Part shown: positions 23,201-34,000 of the stretch, in pieces
How positions within the stretch are numbered: position 1 is the stretch's first letter
How the letters are laid out: the number at the start of each line of letters is the position of its first letter
Assembly: GCF_006345805.1 (NCBI RefSeq)
Contig: NC_043006.1
Span: forward strand, 72,044,001-72,108,000
Origin: Octopus sinensis
Taxonomy: Eukaryota
Length of the DNA stretch: 64,000 nucleotides
Reading direction: 5' to 3'
Translations under genes and position numbers: made by a program
Notes under the pieces: generated by a model
Seen by the model: only the letters and a program-made list of their open reading frames with translations
What the model was told of the DNA's origin: nothing
Database searches by the model: none

Positions 23201-26200
23201 TACTTCATCCCATGTCTTTCTGGGTCTCCCACTTAACGTATTCCATCTACTTTGAGAGATCAGCATTTCTTTATGGAACTGTTAGCATCCATCTGCATCA
23301 CATGACCAAACCAGCTCAATCTTATCCCTTGCACTAAAACTTGTCCCTTCTTTGTTGTCTTCTTTTTCTGCTCATTGCCTAATATATATATATTATGTTC
23401 ATTCCAGATCTTTCCTTATTGAAGAAAAGTGTCGCTTCCTTAGTAATTTCTCCATCAACAATGTTGAAGTTGAACTGCCAGGCGAGTTTCTGCTTCCAAA
23501 GGTAAGAGAGAAGAAATTTTTTTTAATTAAATGATTTTAGTAAAAGTTGTATGAGTCTTAATATCTGCAATTACCACAATATATATGTGAATGTATGTGT
23601 GTATGTGCATGTGTATTCCACTCCAATACTGGTGTCATGATAAATCCATCCAGGTTTCTCTGAAAAGTCACTGCTAAGTGAGTGGAACTGTGGCACTAAG
23701 AGGACCCTTTTGTTTTTTGAGAACTTGGAAATTTCTAGAGAACTGGTGTTACAATAGAATACATCCAGTGCACTCTGCAAAGCTGTTGGCTTAGTTACTT
23801 TGGTATCCAACAATAGAAACCAAAGCACAAATGGAATGTTCAAGTTAGTTACAGTCCTCCAATCCATCTAGGACAATAATAAATCAACTGACTTTGACAA
23901 AAATGACCTGTCCACTTCATGCCACCAGCATTGAAAGCAGACTATGATGAGGGTGAAATGTGTGTGCATGTAATTTGGTGTTGTCATATTAAGTGGGTGT
24001 TTGTTGGTTTAATCTTTTGTATTCTTTCTTCCAGTCTGGACACTATTATGTAAGAATTGCTCGATTCATGCCAAGAGTAGAAATAGTTAAGAAACACAAC
24101 ACTGCCGCCAGAAGGTTGTATATAAGGGGACACAATGGCAAGGTAGGTGGACATGATGCCTTTTCTTATCCCTTAACAGGGTCACATTACACTGTTATTC
24201 TTTCAATAGATTTTCTTCACTTCATCATCATCACAAGGAAGAACCATTACAATTCCTCCACCATTGTCATCATCATCAGCCACTATAATTTCTCCTCCAC
24301 CACCACTGCCACCATCATCATCATCATCATCATAATTCCTCCATCATCATCCTCAGTATACACTATATTTCCTCCATAATTATCATCAATTCATCCATCA
24401 TCATCACTTTCTGCAATTCTTCCATTCTCATTCCCTTTATCTTTTCCATCAGCTGTGGCCAATGCTAGTGTTGCATAACCAGCCCATTTAAAAGTACCCT
24501 TGAATCGCCGGACGACACGTTGTACTTGAAAAGACCTGTTGAGTCAAGTGAAATTGTAGTTGTGGCCAATGCCAGTGCTGGTGGCATGTAATAAGCACCA
24601 TTCAAGCATGACTCGATGCCAGTGCCACCTGACTGGCTTCCTGTGCCAGTGACACGTAAAAAGCACCATCCAAACATAGTTGATGCCAGTGCCCCCTGAC
24701 TGGCTCCCATGCTGGTGGCATGTAAAAGCACCCACTACATTCTCGGAGTGATTGGTGCAGGAGGGGCATCAAGCTGTAGAAACCTTACCAGATCAGATTG
24801 GAGCCTGGTGTAGCCTTCTAGCTTGCCAGCTCTGGTCACACAGTCCAACCCATGCCAGCAAAAAAACAAGACATTAACAATGATGATGATGCAATTCTTC
24901 TGTTATCATTTACTACAATGATCCTGCTATTATTCCATATTTATATATGTATGTTTATCTCCCCCCTTATATTTCAACATAATGTTTATATGTATACATG
25001 TACATATATCACTGTTCCCTTTGTCTTCCTATACAGATTTATCCCTATCTTGTCATCAACGATGGCTGCCTCACTGAATCTTGTCGTGAAGAAAGGGTCC
25101 TACAACTATTAAGGATGCTGAATTTATTCCTCACAAAACAAAAGGTAACTTCCTTTTTCTAATCTTGTTGAGTGCTCACCACAAGTGTATCTGCACACGT
25201 ATGCACTTGCAGAATTGTGCACAGACATGCACACATTTATTGAGAATAACTTCATCTATTTTGGCAAGTTGAGTTGCAATAAAATTAATTCTTTGGTTTT
25301 GAAAATAATGAAAAAAATTTAGTAAAATAACTTTGTTATTATGAAGCTGGTGTTTGGAAAACATAACATGAAATTTTGACAGAAGGTTTTTTTTTAATCG
25401 AAAGCTATTTAAAACTTTTGTATTATCGAAATGGGAGAGTCATGGGTGGGTTGGTATCAAAATGGTTAAGTCTGTAACCAGGTTGCTGAAGTCTGATGAA
25501 AATAGTGAAACCTCAAGAAATAAATAAAAAACACTTATGGCTCTCTCAGCGTAATTACTTCAGTTCTACCCTTTTTCTTTGATGAATATATTAGAATGTG
25601 AATTTTCATGCTTTAAGATACTTGCTTATATATATGTGTGTGTGTGCGCATGTATACTGCTCCAAAGTATGGTGGTTTTAAACTAAAATTCTATGTCCGC
25701 ACAAAGGAGAATAAGTTCAAGATAAGATCTTACTCACGTAGAGGAACCTGTTTTTTTATGTACGCAAGAGGTTTTCGACAGGACTTTCCAGAGATACATG
25801 GAGACTAAAAAAAGCTATTGACAGTATTTTAAAAATATCCTGGTTCATACTTGTTTCTGTACTTGCTTACAAGTATATTTCCAATTATTGCAATAACAGA
25901 AATACTCCTGTGAACTAATCAAAAGTATTCATTTGACATTACTTCAATCTATGCATTAGTCAAGGAATATCTTACCTGGCTCTACTGGGAGAGTTACCTA
26001 TGTTTGACTAGCAACCTATCCGAGAAGGTTAAGCTATGCTTGATACACTTCTTTCTCCAGAAACCAAAGTTGAGAACTGTGGTTTAGGAAGTCATTAGTC
26101 TTTTGTTCACTGGTTGCATTTATATAATTTAAACACAGGGCAGTTTTTAACCTTATCACAAACCAAACAAGAAAATGCTCAAAAACAATTCCTCTTGTTT

Positions 26201-27405
26201 TATATATATGTGTGTGAGTGTGTGTGTGTGTGTATTTTTTAATTACCATCTTAATGAAGTTTTGTTGCATCATTATTTCAATCACCCCACCTCCTTTTCT
26301 CTGTCTACTTTCAGGAAACAAGCCGAAGATTGTTGTATTTCACTGTTCCCAGAGTGGTATCCTTCTCGCCTCAGATGCGCCTTGTTGAAGACAATCCTGC
26401 TTCAATCTCTCTACAGGACATCTTTAAACAGGTAACTATCTCTTTTTGTTACCAGTACTGACAATAAACTGACATAGATATTTTCTCAACATTAATCTGA
26501 AATATTTCCTCATCAAATAACTGTAAATGAGTATTCGTTCACCATAGGCAGTTAGTTATCCACCCTTTTTTGTAATATTAGCCTCAGCTGGTATCTCTAT
26601 ACACTATGTTGTCTGAAGCATAGTGCATATAGATATCATTATGTTTGCCAGAAAATTTTGAAACCCTTTCCGAGTTTTACTTTCCAGCTCCCACAATATA
26701 TCTTTTCAAATTAAATCATCATCTGATATCCACTTTTCCATACTTGCTTGAATCAAACAATATTTGTTGAGGCAAATTTTATATGACTGGGTGTCCTTGT
26801 TGCCAACTCTCATTTGTTTGCAGGCAAGGTAATATTTGCCATAGCTAGGCATGTTTTTCATGGAAGACTGAAAGTGAATAACGTGGTTCTATGATTGTGA
26901 TACTCATTTACAGCCATTGTGTGATGTCAGACTAAGAGTGTACACACACACACACACACACACACACACCATCAGGCTTCTCTCAGTGTTCATCAAACCA
27001 GAGCTGTAGTAGAAGATACTTTCCCAAGGTGCCATGCAGTGGGATCGAAACTATGACCATTTTATGAAAAGTAATCTTCTCAACCACAGCCTTACCAGCA
27101 CTTAAATCCATTTAACTTCCACTTTCTTGGAACTGGTAAGCCAGAGAGCCACACCAGACTCCAGTCTGATTTGGCATGGTTTCTACTGCCCTTCCTAATG
27201 CCAACCACTCCAAGAGTGTAATGGGTGCTTTTTATATCACACTGTAATGTATATAAAATAGCAAAAATCTATTTTGAACCCATTTTGATTATTATGCTGT
27301 CTCATATGTGTGTGATATCTTTGCTATACACACACACACGTGTGTGTGTGTGTATAGCAAAGATATTACACACATATGAGACAGCATAATAATCAAAATG
27401 GGTTC

Positions 27406-27449
<44 letters not shown>

Positions 27450-28035
27450 AATATTAGGGAATAAATCCAAATTTACAGGGAAAAAAATCAGATTTAGGAT
27501 TAAATCCAATTTTATAGTAAAATATTATATAATATTAATTAGAGACAAAACCACTATTTTGCAAAACAAACAAGGAAAGACAATCAATACACACACACAT
27601 ATATATATTTCACAGACAACTGGAAATTAGGGTCACTGATTGTATGACTGACACTCATTTATATCTGTCAAGTGATGTCAAGGCAAGGAGATGCAAGCAT
27701 GCCCCCCCCACACACACACACATACACGACAGTCTTCTTTCCATTTCTGTGTGCCAAATCCACTCGCAAGGCTTCAGTTGGCTCTGACCTGTTGAAGAAG
27801 ACACTTGCTCGCGTTGCCATCCTGTGTAACTGAACTTGAAATTGCATGGTTGGGAAGCAAACGTCTTAATTATACTATCATGTCTAAGCCTATACATACA
27901 AGCACAAACACATTTGTATCTTTTCTTCTTTCGCTCAATTTCTTTCTTTCTTGTTTTCATTATCTCTCTCCTCTTTTCTATACAATTCACTGCAATCTCT
28001 CTGCCTGTCTGTCTATCTTTCTCTCTCTCTCTCTG

Positions 28036-28066
<31 letters not shown>

Positions 28067-31000
28067 TACTGAAGACTCGACAATAACCTCTTTCCTATTG
28101 TAGCGCTGTCTGAAACGAGGAATTGAGCATGACGCCCCTATTGCCCGCTACTATGAACGCCTGGCTACTGTGCAAGCCCGCGGCTCCCAGGCTAGCCACC
28201 AGGTTCTCAGAGATATATTAAAGGACGTACAGACCAATATGGTACCACGGGGACTGTTGAAAGAATGGGTTCTGCACACGTTTCCTGATGCCACAGACTA
28301 TTGGACATTCCGAAAAACTGTGAGTAGCTTTTTATCTTTTACTTGTTTCAGTCATTGGACTATGGCCATGCTGGTGCACCAGGTTTCAGTCAAAGAAATT
28401 GACCCTAGTACTTATGTTTTTTTTACAAATCGGATTGTTATTCTATCAGTTCATTTTGCCAATTTGCTAAGTTACGGGAATGTAAACAAACTAAATCAGT
28501 TGTCAAATGGTGTGGAGGACAAACTTGAATACACACACAATGAGCAGTTTCTATGTACCAAGTTTGCTTGCAAGACTTTGGTTGGCCTTCAGATGACACT
28601 TGCCCAAGATGCCATGCAGTGGGACGGAACTCAAAACTACATGGTCACAAAATAAGCTCCTTAACCACACAGCTGTGTCTGTGCCCAAAAATGTCACTAA
28701 CTTTCTTAATAACTTTTTTATGATAATAAGGTCATATTTATGTATGGGGTTGTTAAAATATAAGTTCTTCATGTCTTTAGTTTGTTGTAACCATTGTGGC
28801 CATGGCCATGGTAGTGCAGGAAAGCCATTGTTTATTGTAAGAGCTTTAAATATGATAAATGAATGAACAATAAATCCTTTTTGGAATCACTCAAACTGCT
28901 AGAAATAACAACTAAATCTCCCTCAACATCCGCCTCACAGTTTTAGATAATGGAAGGACACACTGCATTATGTAGTCTATTGTTTTGATGACAGAAAAAA
29001 TGCAGGATGGACATAACAACTGGAATTTTGTTAATCATTGATGGATCTGTTTAATCAAGTCTAATCTTGATCTGGAGCTAAACAACAAGATCAATGAAAC
29101 TGAAATCAAAATGTGAATGAAATGAGTTAGATTTCTACATTAAAACGTTTTTGTTTGTAAGGAAATGATATCAAAATATTGACTGTTTTTATGTGAACTT
29201 ATCTAACTGACCCTTCTGTTATGGTTCATGTGTATGATCCCAGCTTCTGTGATCTGATACCTCCAATAATGATGCAGAAATTGACCAAGGCATTTGCTGT
29301 TATTTTCTTTCTTCCTTGGTATAATCATTGTTGCTTTGTCCCAGGGCAGCCTGAATGAGCAGACCTGTGATCCAAGTTACTTCAGCCAGAATTGTCTTGT
29401 CTTTTCTTCACATGTTTTGTATCCAGAGTCACACCAGCCAAAATAAGGAATTAGCTTAGTTGTCAGAATGTTGGTGTGCCTGCTGTGTGGCATTTGTTTT
29501 GGCTCTCTACCGTCTGAACGGAAACACTGTTAAGATCGAGTTTGTCTGTCAGTCTTTCAGGATTTGCAAATAAAATACCAGCCTTGTGCTGAAGTTAATT
29601 CTTGCTTCTGTCTTTTTCTTTCTGTGTAGTTAAAACCTGCAGAGGAATAGGTTTACCAGATTTAAAAATGTTCAAACATACTGTATATCACAAAGGTGCT
29701 CTTACAACACCATTAAGTCTTAAGGGCCCAAAGCAAGTCATCAACTGATGTGTCTGTCCTTTTCAAGGCAGAAGCATTTAATTTGAAGGTTTAGGTGCTA
29801 TTGTTTTTCAAATTAACTGACCATGTAGAGATTCTCAATAGCTTTGTTTTAATATGTATTATGATGTGCTTTGTTTTAATATGTATTGCGGATGTGCTAC
29901 CAGTGCCGGTGGCATGTCAAAACTCTGCTTGTGAAGACCCGTTGAGGCAAGTGACGATCAGAATCGAAATCGATCAATGGAAATCGATCAATGGAAATTG
30001 CAGATGTGTTACCAGTGCCGGTGGCATGTAAGAGAACTTTCCGTTTCGCGACCGTTGCCAGCACCGCCCCGTTTCGTGTCCGTTGCCAGCCTCGCCTGGC
30101 CCTCGTGCCGGTGGCACATAAAAAGCACCATCCGTTCGTGGCCGTTTGCCAGCTCTGTCTGGCACCAGTGCGGGTGGCACGTAAAAAGCACCCACTACAC
30201 TCACGGAGTGGTTGGCGTTAGGAAGGGCATCCAGCCGTAGAAACACTGCCAGATTTGACTGGGCCTGATGAAGCCTTCTGGCTTCACAGACCCCAGTAGA
30301 ACCGTCCAACCCATGCTAGCATGGAAAACGGACGCTAAACGATGATGATGATGATGATGATGATGAGTAGGTGAAAAGGAGTATATTGTTTAAATCCTTC
30401 TCTAAGTAAAAACTCAAGCAGCAAGGAAAAAGCAAAGTGCAGGTTACAACACTACCACCATTTTGAGCATGCAAAGTTTTATAAATAATATTAACCTTTA
30501 ACCCTTTCGTTACTGTATTTATTTTGAGATGCTCTGTGTTTCTTTCAGTTACTTTAAATATAACAAAGAATTTAGTAAAATAACTTAGTCATCATTAAGC
30601 TGGTGTTAGGAACATAAATTGTGACTAAGGTTTGGTGGAAGATTTTAATTCAAAACTTATGAAAACAAGATATTTGTACTACAGAGCCAGATGTGGTTTT
30701 AGCTGGGTTGGTAATAAAAGGGTTAAATAATTGCAGGTATTTGTTTAGTTTAGGAGTTGAATTCTTACTAATTGGTAACCATTTCTGTTCTGGCACTATT
30801 TCTGCTCCAGTGACATTGTTCTAATCTTTCTTTTCCTTCTCTTCTTGCCCAGATAACTATCCAGCTGGCACTGATGGCTTTTGCAGAGTTCATACTTCAC
30901 CTCACTCGCATGAATCCAGACATGATGTATCTTCATCAGGACTGTGGTTTCCTTAATATTGCTTATTTCAAGTTTGATCTTGACGATCAATCTGGTAAGG

Positions 31001-34000
31001 ATTCTTTTCTTTAGTCGAAGGTCTTTGGATGTTTATATTTCAAATTTTCATTAAATTTTCACTTATTTCAGTCACTGGATTACTGCTAAAGGTTTTAGTT
31101 GAAGATATGAACCTCCCTACCACTCCTAATTTCTATTTGCCAAGTGGTTGGGTGATTTTTTTTTTTTAACATTAAGGGACACAAGCACTGGTGATGGTAC
31201 CATGTAAAAAGCACTGGTGCTGCTGCCACATAAAATGTACCCAGTACACTATGTAATGTGGTTGGTTTTAAGGAAGGACATCCAGCTGTACAAACTAAGC
31301 CAAAGCAGACTGGAACCTGATATGGCCCCTGGCCTTACCAGCTCCTGTCAAGCTGTCCAACCCATGCCAGCATGGAAAACAGATGTTAAATAATAATGAT
31401 GAAAATGATGATATATATCATCATTTTAACATCCATTTTTCTATATTTGCATGGGGCGGATGGGGTTTAGTGAGACAGATTTTCTATAGCTGGATGCCCT
31501 TCCTTTTGCCAACTCTTACCTGTTTCCAAGCAAAGTAATATTGTCTCAAGGCCAGATATATACTTGTGCTAAATATTGGAAATGAATGACATCCATTTAC
31601 AATTATCCAATGTCAAGAAAAGGGGGACACACATCTCTCCATATCCACTACAAGAGCTTTATATAAGTTTGTGTGTTAGCGTCCATACAGTTTCTGCTTA
31701 CTAAATACCACTTACAAAGCATTAATCAGCTTGAAGTTGCAATAGAAAATGAAGACAACACAGCTTGGTGCCATGTAGTTGGATGGAAATACATGGCTAC
31801 AAAGTAAATTTCTTAACCGCTCTACTCTGCCTGTGTCTATGATAAGTTTTATTAAATTATTTTCCTTTTTGTTTATTCTACTGAATGGTTGTGTTGTTTT
31901 GTTGGTTTCAGGAGAACTTGATGCCAACCGTCCTGTCCCCTTCCGACTGACCCCAAATATTGCTGAATTTCTTACATCGACCGGAGTGACAGGTCCCTTA
32001 ACTGCTTCAATGGTCTCAGCAGCACGCTGCTTTGTCCATCCTCAATACAAGGTTCCCAGTTTCCTGCGAGCAATTCTCCGAGATGAATACATTACATGGC
32101 ACAAGAAGGTAAGCATTCAGTTATCCAGCATAAAATACTGCTTCAAATATGTCTTTGTCCAACCCATGCTTGCATAGAAAAGTGGACATAAAACAAACTA
32201 ATGGACTTTCTAAAGATGAGGTTGGTAGTCCAGACAATTATATTGAGATATTTATTGTGAATATTATTTTATAAAAGACATGTCCTGTGTAACCCTTTCG
32301 CATTTCAACCAGCCATGTCTGGCCCAAATATTCAACTTGTTTTATGTTCAAACTGGGCAGATCTGGCTAGAATCATAGAACATTGTAGAATAACCGATAA
32401 TGTCATTCTGAGCTGTAGTATGCCTGAACACTGCACGCGCACGCACAAACAACAACAACAACTTCTCCTCCTCCTCCTTCATCATCATCATCAAAATCTC
32501 AGAGTCATGAGATAATGTATGGTTAGTTCAAAACAATGTGAATAAATAAACATTATATTTGATAGAGTAATCTGAATGCTAAAGGGTTAAATACTACTGT
32601 TATATACAGTGTATAAAATATACAGAAATAGGGATGATGTATCATTGCTCTATATTATTCCAGGTTCTTGGATCTTGTGGTTACACCCTGATACTGCAAG
32701 TCAATCATCATTTCCCCTCACTTCCTTGCTGGAGTAGCCATGTATCTCCTCTACAGCAAAACATCTGCTCCTGTCTTTCTGTTATATTTCAGCCACCCAA
32801 CACCGAGCACCAATTTTGCACCCTCAACTCCATCAAGAGATCTTGTCTTGTGAACTATTTGCTGATCTCACTGGTATTGATGCTATGAAAAAAAAAAAAA
32901 ACATTCAGTCCTCTCTGTTAAGTAGTTGGCATTAGGAAGAGCAACCTGCTGAAGAAACCTTGTTAAAATAGGTTCAACTCCTGTTGAACCATCCAGCCCA
33001 TACCATTGTGGAAAACAGATATTAGATGATGAGGAGGAGGACGGTAGCAGTGGCACCGTCCACAACTCCCTAGCTAGTTACTTATCTCATTTAATTGTTT
33101 GTTGGACTGACTTGAATATGATTTGTATGTTGTTTTCAGAAACAAGAGGAAACTAACCCATGTACCCAGCCACCTGCAATGGAGGGAGAACTTTTAATCA
33201 GCTTGGTTAATAAGGCAGTGTCGGCCATTACAACTCGTCTCAACAGTAAGTCTGTTTATTCAATCACTTTTTACTTTGTTACATTCAATCTGGTCACTTG
33301 CCTATAATCTTTTGGCCTGGTAACCTCTCCATCTTACCAGTTACTAGTGAGTTTATTTTAACTATTTATACTTAGTCGAGAAGAAGAGACAGTATCTACA
33401 GCCCTTTACAGAGCTTCTGAGGCTGGTGGGAGGGAGAATGGGAGCAAGTTATCTTTCACCTGAAGACTTGGCTAAAATGCTTGTAGCTGTTTACCCTACT
33501 AAAGGCATTTAAAGACCAGGTGATGTTAAACAGGGCTACTAATTAAGTCTACCACCTACGTAGACCATGGTGGGATTTGAACTCAGAATGCAAAAAGCTA
33601 AAATGTGTACTTATCTAATATTCTAACCATTTTGCCTGTCCACCACCCAGGCTAATACTTTACTTAATGATCCCGAAAATGATGATAAGTAAAGTTGATT
33701 TCAACAGGATTTGAATTGGGAAAGCAGAGCTGTAACAAATACCACAAGGAGCTCATCGAATGCACTAATTATTTTGCTAGCCCACTGTCCTAAAGAGGTA
33801 CTTTGTGATTTGTGTTAGATATCTATGTAAAATGATGTAACATCTTGAAATCACTCATTTTCATCCTTTATGCTATAGGCGAGAAATATTTATTTTGATA
33901 TTTTGTAATGTCGCTTAGGCGTTTAACAAATGGCCTTATGTCATACTAAAATCCTTCCTTTCAATTAGTTAAGGTTAAAAAACTAGCTAGTGTAAATTAA

